The notes under the pieces were generated by a model, which worked only from the letters and a program-made list of their open reading frames with translations, ran no database searches and was not told where the DNA came from. 64,000 nucleotides of DNA from contig MU058444.1 of assembly GCA_013265495.1 (NCBI GenBank), positions 744,001 through 808,000 of the forward strand, read 5' to 3'. Below are positions 26,291 through 39,800 of this stretch, in pieces. Origin of the DNA: Vicugna vicugna (Eukaryota). Each line of letters begins with the position of its first letter. Within the stretch, counting starts at the first letter, position 1. The translations under genes and the position numbers were made by a program.

Positions 26291-27597
26291 TTGACTTCAA
26301 ACAAGTCTTTGGCATAATAGTCTGATCTGATTATCAGTCTGAAAGTTGAATTTGGAGTAGGAAGAGGAGTCTACTGCTAAAACCTCTAATTATCTTAAAT
26401 TACTATGTTGACAGAAATCCATTTATTATTGCATTTAGAATTCATGCAGTGCTTCAACCCATTCAAAAATATTTCACTGACTGATGAATTCTTGTTGTTG
26501 TAGAAATTCTAGTGTTTCACCAAACATTGTTCTATTTGTCCTTTAACTTGTTAAAATTTGCTCATTGAATGCTGTATAAATGTGTATAAAACCTACACAT
26601 AAACTTCACATGATAGAATTGCATGATTTTTAAAAAACAATCTAAGTTCTGTGTATAGCTGTTCGGCTTTCCTTCTATTGTTTCATTCACAGACATCAAA
26701 GTGCATGTAAACTCAATGAGAATGGCAATCATTTAACTAAGAGTATTAGTGAGGATTCTTTCACTTAATTATGAGATTGTCTAGGAAATTGGAGTCCATT
26801 ATACAGGCCCAAGACTCAGTTTCCTTGCCTGTATAATGGGCTGATTGGATTTGATTATCTGGAGTGTGTCTCACCTCTACATTTGCTTTGAGATGCAATT
26901 TGCATTTTCAGAGAGGCCTGAAAATATACAAGAAATTTCTCTTATCAAGAGGCCTCAGACTGTACCTACGTGTGTTTTGTCTTCATCCTATTTTGCCTGT
27001 GAGCTTAACACTTCCCAGAGAGTATTAGTTCATTTCTAAGCCTTTATTTACAGATCTTATTCTTTGATGTCAGAAAATTCTATGCAACTGTCACAAAGAG
27101 GTGACTAACCTTGGGAGGCAGGTGCTAACTCTCTCACCTCTGTGTTCCTAGGTCTCGGTGGCCTTTTCATTCATCTGTAGTGACTCTGATTTTCCTGTGA
27201 GCATTAATGGACTTTAGAAAGATATTGGTGTCAGACCCAAGGTGGCCTTAAAAATAACAAGCTGATGGATTCCTGGAAGTTCAGTCACTCTCTAATTCTT
27301 GGCACATTTGTGGTTTCAGTTAGAAGATTCTTTTTTCTGTCATGATCCAGGCTAATGTCTGAGAGCTTCAGTGAGGCAGTGAAAGATGTAACTGTGAATT
27401 ATGAGAATACAGAAAGGAAAAGAAAGGTGTTAGATTACTTAAAAGAATTTTTTAACAGTCAATTTTAAAGACTAAAGTTTTAAAGACAAAATAATCTATA
27501 TATAAATTAAACCTTGTATATCTAATTAATGTTACATGAATGCTTTTCATCACAAACTGATGGGTTTGGCAAACTATAATCAGATACAGCCTGTCAC

Positions 27598-29630
27598 ATT
27601 TTTTTTTAAGTTGAAGTATAGTTGATTTACAGCATTGTGTTAGTTTCAGGGAAAGTGATTAAGTATATATATTTTTTCAGATTCTTTGCCATTATAGGTT
27701 ATTACAAGAAATTGAATATAGTGCCCTGTGCTATACAGTACGTCCTTGTTGTTTATCTATTTTCTATGCAGTAGTGTGTATCTGTTAACCCCAAACTCCT
27801 AATTTATCCCTCCCTCTCTTCCACTTTGGTAACCATAAGTTTGCTTGCTATGTCTGTGAGTGTATTTCTGGTTTGTAAATAGGTTTCACTGAACCACAAC
27901 CACATATGTAAATAGTGCTGCTATGTACAGTGAGCTGCGTGTATCTTTTCCAATTAGTGTTTTCATTTTTTTCAGATATATACCTAGGAGTGGGGCTGCT
28001 GGATCATGTGGCAGTTCTATTTGTAGTTTTTTGAGGAAGCTCCATACTGTCTTCCATAGAGACTGCACCAATCTACATTCTCGTCAATAGTGTACAAGTC
28101 TTCCCTCTTCTCCACATCCTCTCCAACATTTGTTATTTGTAGACATTTTGATAATAGCCATTCAGACAGATGTGAAATGATATTATTATTTTGATTTACA
28201 TTTCTCTGTTAGTGATGTTAACCATGTGTATGTCTTCTTTGGGAAAATGTCTATTCAAGTCTTCTGCACACTTTATGATTGGGTTGTTTGTTTTTTTTGA
28301 TACTGAGTTGTAGGAGCTGTTTACATAGTTTGGATATTAACCCCTCATTGATTGTATCATTTGCAAATATTTTCTCCCTTTCAGTAGGTTGTCTTTTCAT
28401 TTTGTCAGTGGTTTCCTTTGCTGTGCAAAAGCTTTTTACTTTTAATTAGGACCTATTTATTTTTGCTTTTATTATTATTATTATTTTTGCCTTAGAAGAC
28501 AGAACCAATATATGCTACAGTTTATATCAAAGAGTGTTCTACCTATGTTCTCTTCTAGTTTTATGATTAGATCATACCATTAGATCTTTAATCCATTTTG
28601 AGTTTATTTTTGTATATGGTGTGAGGAAATGTTCTAACCTCATTGTTTTACATGTAACTGTCTAGTTTTCCCAGTACCACTTATTTAAAAAACTGTCTTT
28701 TTTTCCATATATATTCTTGCCTCCTTTGTCATAGATTAATTAACCGTAAGTGTGTGGGTTTATTTCTGAGCTCTTTATTCTGTTCCACTGATCCATGTAT
28801 CTGGTGGGTTTTTTCCCAGTGCCATGCTGTTTTGATTACTGTAGCTTTGTAGTATAGTCTGAAACCTGAAAGTGTTATGCTTCCAGCTTCGTTTTTTTCC
28901 TCAAGGTAACTGTGGCAATTCCAGGTCTTTTGTGGCTCCGCATAAATTTTAGGATTTTTTTGTTCTAGTTCTGTAAAAATGTCATTGGTAATTTGATAGG
29001 AACCATTAAATCTGTAGATTGCTTTGGGTGCATGGCTATTTTAACAATATTAATTCTTCCAATCCTTTTCAAGTTTAGCTCTGAAGTATGTATCTTGTAG
29101 GAAGAAAGAATACTGAAGTGTCTTGTGTTTTTTCTGAACCCAGTCAGCCACCTGTGTCTTTTGATCAGAGCATTCATCCCATGGACAATTAAAGTGGTTA
29201 TTGACAAGTATGTACTTGTTGATATTTTATTACTGTTTTTGTAGTTTTGTTGACCTTTTGGTTGTTTTTGTAGCTCTTCTCTGTTTATTTCTTTTTCTTT
29301 CTTCCCTTGTGGTTTGATGATTTTTGTTAGTAATATGCTTGTATTCCTTTCTTTTCAGTTTTTGTGTATCTGTTGTAGGTTTTTTATTTGTGGTTACCAT
29401 GGGGTTCATATATATTGACCTACAACTGCATCTACTTATTTTAAACTGGTAGTCAGTTAAGTTCAAACATATTTTAAAAGATCGACATTTTTTGCTGCCC
29501 TCTCCTATGTTTTGTGTTTTGATGTCATATTTTACATCTTCATGTTTATCCCTTAACTGTTTATTGCAGTTATAGTTGCTTTTATAATTTTTTTGTTTTG
29601 TTTTTTAATGTCCATACTGGCTGATTAAAG
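27598..29630 (-). mobile_element. Older L1 with two internal deletions (3' UTR, ORF2 C-terminal half, ORF2 start and inter-ORF spacer)
   Basis: T-tail at 27598; minus-strand ORFs give [23 protein letters not shown] and SITTLIVHGMNALIKRHR joined to IGRINIVK. Confidence 0.9.
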
Positions 29631-31849
29631 TGGTTTGGGTTTTGATGCTAAAACAGTATCATTTGTACCTTCAAGTTGGAGGGACTTAACACCATTTAGC
29701 TCACATTTATCCTCCACACCTCAAGCCTCACCTGATAACTATTAGTTAAATTTCAGTGATCAACGTGCCCACACTGCCTTCCAACCTTGCCTCTTCTCCC
29801 TCTTCTGCCGTTCACCAGGTCCACACTGAGTTATATTCCTGATGCACCCATTTCAATGCTCTGTGCTTTTGCTCCTATTTTCTCTCTCCCTGGAATACTT
29901 ACCTTCTTACCTCTCAAAATCTTAGTCACTCTATAAGGCTTAACTGGATCAAACGCCACCTGAACTCTGGCACAAAGTGTGAGTTTTAAAAAGCTTTCAA
30001 AGTACGTTTACGGGGAATGCCATTTTGCCCAACCACTTCAAGCCAGCGCTGTTTCTTTTAGAACTGGGAGGAGATTGTAAATTCACTCTCATTTTCCAAA
30101 ATATACTTGTTGATTACCTATCCCGGCTTCTCTGTGCATTATCATTCAAATGAGTCTCTTTACAGCCTCCCTGACAGGTGGCCTTGAGTGGCTCAGGTGA
30201 AATGGATGCTTTCATGTGCTCATGGGGAAGGCTTCGCTTTGGCTTATTGCCAACACTAAATCCACTCAAAGCTATTGAAAAATTTAGTCTTCAGTTTTCT
30301 ATCCTAGTGAGTTATCCTCCTGTCAGTAACGTTTATTACAAGTTCCAGAAATACTAGTGTATGCTATATATGGCTAATTTTGTATCTTTTTAGAAGCTGC
30401 TTGCTTACACTGGAAAATGTTTCTGATACTTAATTAATTTTAAATCCCTGATACAAAAGAATATCCTCACAGGCCCAACAAGAAACAAATTGGACACGTT
30501 CTTATGAAACATCCCTCTCTCTGGCGACTGATGGCAGAGAATTTTAAGTGCTGTCTAGATTCACCCTGCTTTCCTAATGATTTATTGCTTGCGGAGTATA
30601 TCTCCACATAAAGGGTAAGATAAGTGTCTCCACCATGCAGCCACGAGTAATGATCAAATGAAATGCAGTGTAAACTGACAAGATCAGCTCTGAATTCTCT
30701 AGCTTTCTTGTATCTCTGAGGCTGATCTTTGACATTCATCCAATTGCCTTTTTAAATCTGGGTCTTGATTGGTACATTTTCAGTTCCCAAGGAATAAAGT
30801 CACACAAATCTGTCACTAGTGAGCCTTTTGAAGTTTCTTTTAACAGCTGCTAGCAGCAGCTGGACTCGTAGGCAGTTTAGAAGATGACAAGTCATCTTAT
30901 TGCTTTTGGCACGGAAGGCTGGCTTGACTTTCAAGCCTTGAACGGCCATAATCGGAATTAAAATAGACACGGATTGGGTTGAGTTTTTTACATGTGGGAT
31001 TTCTCCACTCATCTTACTGTTCATTCATTTAGCACATCTCTAATACAGAATGATAGCAAATGCCAAATATAAATATTATGTTATTAAGACAAAGAAGAGA
31101 CTGCTGTCAGTTTGGATGGTTGACAAAGGGAAGGACTCACTGAGGAGCTGAATCTTAAAAATCAATCAATTTTTACTTATTCAAAAAGGAAAATAATCAA
31201 ACACTTATTTTATACCATATAATTTACTGGCCAAGCGACAATTACACATGAATAATGCGTGCTCCTTGCCTTCTATAAACATGGTGTTTTAATGTGTTCT
31301 AAGCTACAATATTTGTTTATTCATTATTTTATTTAAGCTGCATGAATATTCAAGACATTAGTGTTCTCCTATATCAACTGAACTGCATTTTACAGTGTCA
31401 ATGCATTATAGAAAGAAGAAATGCTTTCTTGATATGGTTTTCCAAGAATTGTTTAAGTGGAATATTTTAGATTAAATTGCATGTGCCTAGGATGGGAATT
31501 TGTCTTTACCATTGCCCAAGGCTAAGGAACCATTTGCAGGGTTAAGGAAGAGTATTTTGCCTGATGTAAATACTAAAACTGAGAATATCATTTTTCAATA
31601 AGCATATCAGGATTATTAAGTGATTTATTGGAAAGTTAATGGAGGCAATTCCATAAAAACCAGCCGTTTAAGTTTGTGAGCTTCAGCTGCCCACAAGGTA
31701 TGCTATTTATAAATACAGAGCTTGGGAAAGGGCACATGGGTTTGACACGTAAACATAGCACACTGAAATGCAGCATACTTACCTTTCTAGTCTTATTGTA
31801 GAGGTTATAAGATGAGTTAAGATAAGCTTTGCAGAAAGCTTTGTAGAAC

Positions 31850-32620
31850 CCAGGTGGATCAGAGACAATGGAAATGATGTCTCAGGCATCACGCTGTATG
31901 GAACACGATTAGAAGAGGAAAATGTGAGCAGATTAATTAGAATAAATCAGGAAAAATGCTGTAACAGCAGTGCTGGATAAAAGGTGTATTCAGAGAGGTG
32001 AAGAGGAAAGAAAATGAGGACCCAGGAGGTGTTTGGATGAAAAACCTAATGTCCACAAGTGAGCGTGGTGTGTTTAATCATCAGCAGGGAAGACCTGGGC
32101 TTGAGATGAGGAATTAATTTGGTGTGAAATATACAGAAAGACCAAGTTAGCTTGACTGGGCAACATCAAAATATGGGTGATCTTTTTCTTAAGAGTTCTT
32201 AAAAACCAGTGGCAGATTTTGAAGAAGGAAGGCTAGATGATTGTGAAGGTCAGTTAGGGGAGCAGAAGTGGAGACAGTAAAATGAAATGACAGGGAAATG
32301 GAAGTAAAACCCCGCATCTGTGCCCTTTACACAGTCCAGCTGTGAGGTGGGCTGTGGCTGTGGTAGCAAAAACACTGGGAAAAAAAAAAAAAATCGGAGA
32401 GGACAATTGACCAGTCAGTGGCAGATTGGGAGAAAAAAAAAAAAGCTATTACAAAAACAGCTCTGAGATTTCAAGCTTGGGTATTGGGAAAGCAGAAGAA
32501 TTATTGGCAGAAGTGAAGAAATGAGTTTGGATTGGAGATAAGATATTAAATCTGATTTTTAAATGTATTGCATCATTTGAGGTGATGGTGAAATAACCAA
32601 GTGGTGATGCCATAGAGAAG
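31850..32620 (-). mobile_element. L2 fragments, continuing at about 33290-33380 beyond the LTR
   Basis: ctgagatttcaagcttgggtattgggaa and tttgaggtgatggtgaaataaccaagtggtgatg are typical of reverse-strand L2. Confidence 0.5.
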
Positions 32621-32625
32621 GCATG

Positions 32626-33283
32626 TGTGAGGACAAATAAAAATTAAAAGCATGAAACTTCATTCTCTTTGTTGAAAAGAAGAGAGATTTTCCTCCCTTC
32701 TTTTTCTCAGGACATTTACCTTAGAAAACTTGTAAGTACTTCCTCATCTGTTCAAATGCATATAAATTCTTCTGAGATTAGATAAGGTGTTTTGTCAGCT
32801 TTATGACCCCAAAGTGTCCCTCTCTTGAAGGTGTAAGACTTTAAGAGGTAAACATTAAGGAAGTTAGCACCCCATCTCCCGATTTCTATCAGGAGGGTGG
32901 GAGCCCTGCCTCTCCCTGAGTTGCAAAACTACATCTTGTCATAAAGAGAGATGGAAAAAGTTAATTGGCTTGTGCAGATGGTCACCCCGATATCCAGGTT
33001 AAGTCAGGATGAGTTATATGTGACAAATGGTATTTCAAGCCCTCTTACTGAGGACTAGTTACTGTGTATCTTGAAAACGTGCATGTAATGGGCTTACTGG
33101 CTTAGCTAAATAAAAGTGAGATTAATTTTTGTCTCTGCCGTCTCTTAGCCGATCACCTGTAATGCGTATCACATTCTAGTTGAATGCTTATTCAGTAAGA
33201 AAAGGGTTTCTTTCTCTTCTAACTTTGTGAAGTGGTCTGCTGGATTAGGAGAAGATTTTATTTTTAATTACATTTTTTTTCTA
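32626..33283 (+). mobile_element. Older ERV1-type solo LTR (MER34/MER21-group-like)
   Basis: Starts TGTGAGGAC; internal catttaccttagaaaacttgtaag; decayed TATA (taaataaaag) and terminal ggagaagattttatttttaattacattt; interrupts an L2. Confidence 0.65.
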
Positions 33284-34074
33284 GTGCCTGATATTATAGA
33301 CAAAGGGTCAGGGTTGAATAAGGACATTGAAATTTGCCATCAGAGAGACAACAATTGAAGATGAGGAGGATAGGAACAGTTAACTAAGAAAGGGAACACG
33401 AGAATAGTTCGGGGCCAGGGTCTGCATCTTGCAAAGCATCAGAGTGGCAGGGTTGGAAGAAGGGGAGGAGTGAGCAGTGGGAATGGGGAGCTGGTCCAGG
33501 GAAGCTGTGGTCGAACCACGCGCACAGTGACATGGAGGCCGGGAAGGCGGGGAAACGCTTTATGGAATGAGTGATCAACTGTCCGAAGTCCCCTGTGACA
33601 TGACCGCGTGTCCGTCTCTCCAGCCACTCTTTTCCTCTCAACATTCGACCCCTAAGGTAACTATACATTTAGAGTCTGTTTATTTTAATCTCAGCGAGGA
33701 CCTCTTGCCCAGAATCCCAATGTCCCCCTTCCTTCCCCAGGGTAAGCTCTTCCCAGCCCTTAAGGCTGTTTTGGCATCTCCTCCTCCAGGATGCTCATCC
33801 TAACCACCTGCCTCTTAACTAGTGCGCCCCAGGGGCTCCCTCAATGCCCTCAGCATGTTTCCTTTACAATCTTTCACAGGAGTGTTAGCCTGACCTTTTT
33901 TGTGAATCGTTTATACTGTATGCTCCTTCGGGGGTGAGGGTGCGGAGAGCAATGATGGCTTATCTATCTGTGCCTTTTCAGCACTTAACACAGGGCCAGT
34001 CACATTAAAATGTTTGTTTAATTAAAACATGTAAGTGTCAAGAGAGCTTAAGAGACAGGGACTTCTTTTGCAGA

Positions 34075-34372
34075 ACCATTTAGTCTTCATCCGCGATGTT
34101 TAACACGTGAGCTCCTGGCTACCTGTGACTTGAAATGTGCCTAGTCCAACTTGAGATGTGTGTAAGATCCACACTAAATTACTGAGCCCAAACGTTATTA
34201 ACTATCCCATTAATGATTTTATATTGATCACATGTTTACCAACACAACATGATAAAGTGACATTTTCTATATATTGGATTAAATAAAATCTAGTATCAAA
34301 ATTCTCTTTTTTCACTTAAAAAATTAAATAAAAATTATATATGTGGCTCACCTAATATTTCTCTAGAACAGC
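34075..34372. mobile_element. MER33-like hAT-Charlie element
   Basis: acttgaaatgtgcctagtccaacttgagatgtg and tatatgtggctcacctaatatttctctagaacagc. Confidence 0.65.
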
Positions 34373-37024
34373 CTGAGTCTAAATGAATGAATTTCCAAGA
34401 AGACGTCCAAATATAAAATCACTAAAATTGATATGCTGAAGTTCTGGAAAAGTCTATGATGTTTTCTGATATCGCTAAAGTCTATAAACAATGGCTCCTT
34501 GGTCAAAACAAAGGCTTTCATCAGATTTTTACAATGATTGGTCTAGAAAAACAACTGGCTTCCTGGTATAACTATACAGAAACCATTGAACGTAGTCACC
34601 AGGCTTAACCTTTTCCTTTTAGGAGATGAGCTCCAGGCAGACTCAGTGTGTGGTTCTTAACAATATGCCAGCTCCAGCGTCAGCACTGATCACCCGCTCT
34701 GTCCCTGAGAACATGCAAAGAAGAGTTAAGCTAATCTTTCGCATTCACTTGTCAGCACGTATTCATTGACTGTTTCTCAGCCTCCAGGCGCCACCACAAA
34801 CATAGAGGATGCCACGCTGAAATAAACAAACAGCATCTCTGTTCTCACACAGCTCACAGCTTAAACAGTAGAAGAGAAGCAAGAATCAAGCACGTATGTG
34901 AATAAATAAGATCGTTTCATGTTCCTTTGAGGCTGCTTTGGCCACGCGTAATACCCAGCAATGGTGACTTAGCCTGTAAGGATGATCAGTGTTTACAGAA
35001 CAAAAAGTCCAGATAAAACCAGCACCGAGCACTGTCAGACAGCCAACCAGGGACCCCACGGGCCAGCTTTTTCCTCCGTCCACATCGCAGTGGTCGGCGT
35101 GACCACTTTCAGTTTCTACGATTTTTACCTTCCAGTGTGCAAGGTGGATGCTACAGATCCGGCATCTCATCTGAGGTCAAGCGAGCTCTTTTCTTGTAAC
35201 TTTTCCTTTTAACAGGAAGCTGAATGTCTTTCGCGGGAACCCTCAGCACCCTGCCCTCACTGAACAGAACTGGGTCACAGGGACACGTTCAGCTGCAAAG
35301 GGGGTTCAGGGAAAGCAAGTGTTCACCTTCTGGACCCTGTCGTGGGGCCGGCAAGAGAGAAGGAGGTTGCATAATAGCCTGAGTTTGTGTTTCTTTCTCT
35401 TTTGTTTGCATTCAGATAGGTCCTGCAAAGAAAAGAAAACGGAATAATGAAATAGAGGAGGGTATTTGAAAATCATCTGAAAAGTCATTTAGAAGGAGAT
35501 GGTATTTGAAAAAAGACTTCAATGATGGGAAGGAGACAAACATGTAGAGTGGGGGAAGGGGCCCCAAGGGAAGATGTGAGGCCAACAGAAAGTTCAGAAC
35601 TTCTGGTTCACAAAGGGAATCCCTTACGAATTCAGGCTTAGCCTCTGTATCAGTCATGGTTTTCTCAAGAAACCAAACAAGTAGGGTAGACAAATATGAT
35701 TATAAAATACTTTCTTTTAACGCTCCCTTCACATAGCTTGTTGACAATACACTTTACTGTTTCTCCTATTTCTCTAAAAACAAGAACATTTTAAGCATTA
35801 TCAATATTGAAACATGAATGATCTAAATAATCACTCATTTCAACAACACTCCGGCTAAGAAAAAAGGCAAGTGCAGTGAAAATAGCTTAATAAGACAATA
35901 AATCAACATAAAACTAAACTACGGAGTGAAGTAACTGACACTTTGCTTTCAATTCATGTCGCTATTAAAAAAGATGAAACACAGATATACCTGTTACGTC
36001 ATCAGATGACAGTTACACGTTAACATTGTTAGATGCCAGTTTTCCATCATCATCACGACAATGCTGCAAAGAGCTGTATTTGGTAGGTACACGAAATGGA
36101 AAATAGGACTGAAAGAGTGTCAGCTTTGCACATTTCTGGTTAAAAAATATTCTTTTCCCTAGCTGGTCTTTTCCTTTCTAGAAATGCTCACTCATTTCTA
36201 CTTCTCTCCTTAAAGAGAATCCAAACATCTGCCCGCAGCAAGAACATTCAGAAACACATATTTGCACCAAACAACAGCTGTGGAGAAGCAATGGACATCA
36301 CAGTTCTTCCATCACAGACAGTGACGCCAGGCCTGCCGTACAATGGCTGTAGGCTGGAAGGAGTGAGTGGATCAGAAAGACAAAAGCAGCTGTGATGGGA
36401 ACAGGGAAGGAGAAGCCAAACACACAATGAAGAGAATATGTACATAATCTATGCTCGAACCTGCTGAAATGTTCCACCAGCACTAAACTGAGAAGTAAGA
36501 AGGGCCAATAGTAGACTCCAGTGTCAAATAATTTGTGTTGCTTCAATCTAAGTGAAAATATTGTCTAGAGCTGAACAATCAAGACAGTACTGATCCATAG
36601 CTGTGATTAGAATTCAGATCGTTATCATCCAGAATTTAATTTTACTTTCAGTATCGTATCAATTTTACTTCCATTGCATGTCTATCTATATATATACTTA
36701 TAATATTATACATACTTTCATTGTGCTGATGCATTACAAATCCACTGACGGATCTAATTAATACTGGTTGCAATTAAGAAGATCATGATCCAGTTGCTGG
36801 AGCTGAGGGTAGAGACCATGATGATGGACACCTAAAAATTACAGAATTACAGTGCAACGCGACACATGCTCTAAAAGACCTGCATCCACAGAGCTGAGCG
36901 TGTATACAGAAAGAACCGGGTAACATTTCACACAGCAGGTGTCGCTTCCATTGGACTCTTAAGGATGATGAAGTTATTAAATATACTGCAGGTTGATTCA
37001 CTCAATACTCTCATTTCTACACCC

Positions 37025-37310
37025 CTTTCCAGTGCCGCTCTGCCAGAACCCCTTGACAACAGGTGTGACCAGTAACACAGTTACAACCAGTGAGACGTAA
37101 GGGGAAGTCTGATGGGGATTTACGGGAAAGTCTTTGCTCTCATGCTCAAAGTTCTGCCCTCTTTCCCACTGTTGCTTCTTTATTCGTCTCTGACCTGGAC
37201 TGTGGAAAAAGCATGGCCCAGATGTCCCAGCCACATAGTCTGACATTAGAAAAGACAGAGAAACTTTCCTTGACACCTGGAATCTCTGAACAATACCAGT
37301 TATTACCAAT
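37025..37310. mobile_element. MaLR LTR (MLT1-like)
   Basis: accagtgagacgtaaggggaagtctgatggggatttacgggaaagtctttgctc parallels the element at about 1.6 kb. Confidence 0.5.
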
Positions 37311-37599
37311 CTGACTCAATCTTGTTGCACGGAAAGAAGGAAACTCCTATTTAATCAAACCTGGAGGGTCTTTTTTATTTTCTTTCCTCTCGCAGCTGAA
37401 CACTTCTCACTAAGCCATAGGAGGAGGTGAGATCACGTCTAAAGGAGTCATTGTGCGTGTAGGAAAAGAAAAAAAGAGAGAAAAACCTCCATAGGGAACC
37501 CCCAAATTAAAGGCTGCAAGACTGCAGCAGACAGCAGCGTCTCGCATTCCACAAGCCAACTGAAAGGAGGAGGTGGTGAGAATGGTTTTGTAGACCACA

Positions 37600-38110
37600 A
37601 AGGAAGAGATGATTTGTCATAGAATAAACATTTGGATGTCGATGCTGTGAAATTTGGGTTAAAGTGAAAAGAGGCTATTGGTGTTGACTGTTAGGGGGCA
37701 TTGCTGTCTTGAAGAGGGTGGATCTGGTGAAGGGTTGAAGATGCAGATTAGACTGGTGTGGACAGGGGAGCACATGGGAGAAGGTGTGAGAGCAGTGAGG
37801 ATAGAGGAATAAAGGTGCATTGTTTTAAAAGGGCAGAGAGAGATAAGGTCGTGGTCTTGAGAAAGAAGCAATGTTGAGGACTTTTTCTTTAGCGTTAGGA
37901 TGGGGGCAACTTGGGAAGAGCTAGTCCCCGGAGAGAGAAGAGCAGTAAAGACACGAGGTCGTGGAGGGAGTGGAAGGGAAATGATGCCCAGGGGCCACGT
38001 GGAGGGACCAGAGGGCAACTCACCAAAAAAGGCAACATCCCCGTCCTTACAAGAGGAAAGGATGGACATGGACATGGGAAGGGGGGATACGGAGAGACAG
38101 CACTGTTAAT
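37600..38110 (-). mobile_element. L2 internal fragment
   Basis: G-rich strand with ttgactgttaggggg, gggagaaggtgtgagagcagtgagg and aagggcagagagagataagg. Confidence 0.5.
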
Positions 38111-38736
38111 ATTCTTCATTTCCTTTGTTAAAAGATTTAGTCAGCTGCCTAGGGCAAGTGGCTAGATGTCAGGGACAGGATTTCAGGAGTTGGTAAGGGT
38201 TTGGAACAACCAATTAAGGGGTGAGATTGGACAAGGACTCCTTGAGGGCTTAGTAAAATGTTGTGAAGGTGGACTGAGCTCCAGTGAAGGCTGTGAGCCA
38301 TTGGTTCTTCAATAAGCACCTCGACTCCAGACCCAACAGCTGCTGGTTTGTGCACAGGTGTGGGCTTGGGGTAGATCGCTGATGTGGCTTCTCTTTCTCT
38401 GCACGGGACTCACATTTGTATACAATTTAACAGTGACAATAAGTATTGAAGGGCCTTTGGAAGGGGGTGAAGGAGTTACAGAAGGACACAGAGAGTCTTG
38501 TGGTTGGGGGGAAGGCGGGAGTGGGAGCAGGGCAGAGGGAGACATTCCTGTCCGCTTCGCTCTCAAGGGAATTGACTGGGGAAGAAGAATAGCATCTTGG
38601 GCTATTTTCACGTGCCTCCCACCCCCAGTCACACAATCCAGCAATCACTGCACTAGATTCCCCAGAAACACATCCCACGGTGCAGCTCCACATTTTCTCT
38701 GTCTTTGACATTTGTCAATGTTTGAAGAATAATATA

Positions 38737-39800
38737 AGCTTTTGCACAGCAAAGAAAACCATAAACAAAATGAAAAGACAACCAATGGACTGGGAGAAAA
38801 TATTTGCGAATAATGCAGCCAACAAGGGCTTAATTTCCAACATGTATAGACAGCTCATACAATTCGATATCGAAAAACCCCCAAACAACCCAATTAAAAG
38901 TGGGCAGAGGATCTAAATAGATATCTTTCCAAGGAGGACATCCAGGTGGCCAACAGGCACGTGAAAAGATGCTCAATATTACTAATTATTAAAGAAATGC
39001 AAATCAAAACTCCAGTGATATCACCTCACACCAATCAGAATGGCCATCATTGAAAAGTCTACAAATGATAAATGCTGGAGAGGGTGTGGAGAAAAGGGAA
39101 CACTCCTACACTGTTGGTGAAAATGTAGTTTGGTGCAGCCACTATGGAAAACAGTATGGAGGATCCTTAAAAACCTAAAAACAGACTTGCCCTATGATCC
39201 AGCAATCCCTTTCCTGGGCATATATCCAGAGAAAACTCAAATTTGAAAAGATACATGCACCCCAATGTTCTTAGCACAATAGCCAAGACATGGAAGCAAC
39301 CCAAGTGTCTACTGACAGATGACTGGATAAAGAAGCTGTGGTATATATATATATAATGGAATACTACACAGCCATAAAAAGGAATACAATAATGCCATTT
39401 GCACCAACATAGATGGACCTAGAGATTATTATACTCAGTGAAATAAGTCAGGTGGAGAAATAGACAAATATCATATGATACCAGTTATATATAGAATCTA
39501 AAAAAAAAGATACAAAACAACTTGTTTATAAAACAGAAGTAGACTCACAGACAAAGAAACCAAACTTATGGTTACCAAAGCAGAAAGGAAGAGGGGAAGA
39601 AAAAATTAAGAGTATGGAATGAATGAGCACTATATATAAAAGTGATACATGGCAAGAATTTACTGTCCAGCACAGGGAACTATATTCAATATTTTGCAAT
39701 AACCTATTAATGGCAAAGAATCTGTAGCTGTACACTTGAAACTAACACATTATGGTAAATCAACTAGAGCTAAATTAATTAATTAAATTAATTTTTAAAA
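38737..39800 (+). mobile_element. L1 3' fragment, older class, about 1.05 kb
   Basis: SFCTAKKTINKMKRQPMDWEKIFAN, frameshifted ORF2 end, and 3' UTR gctgtacacttgaaactaacac. Confidence 0.92.
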
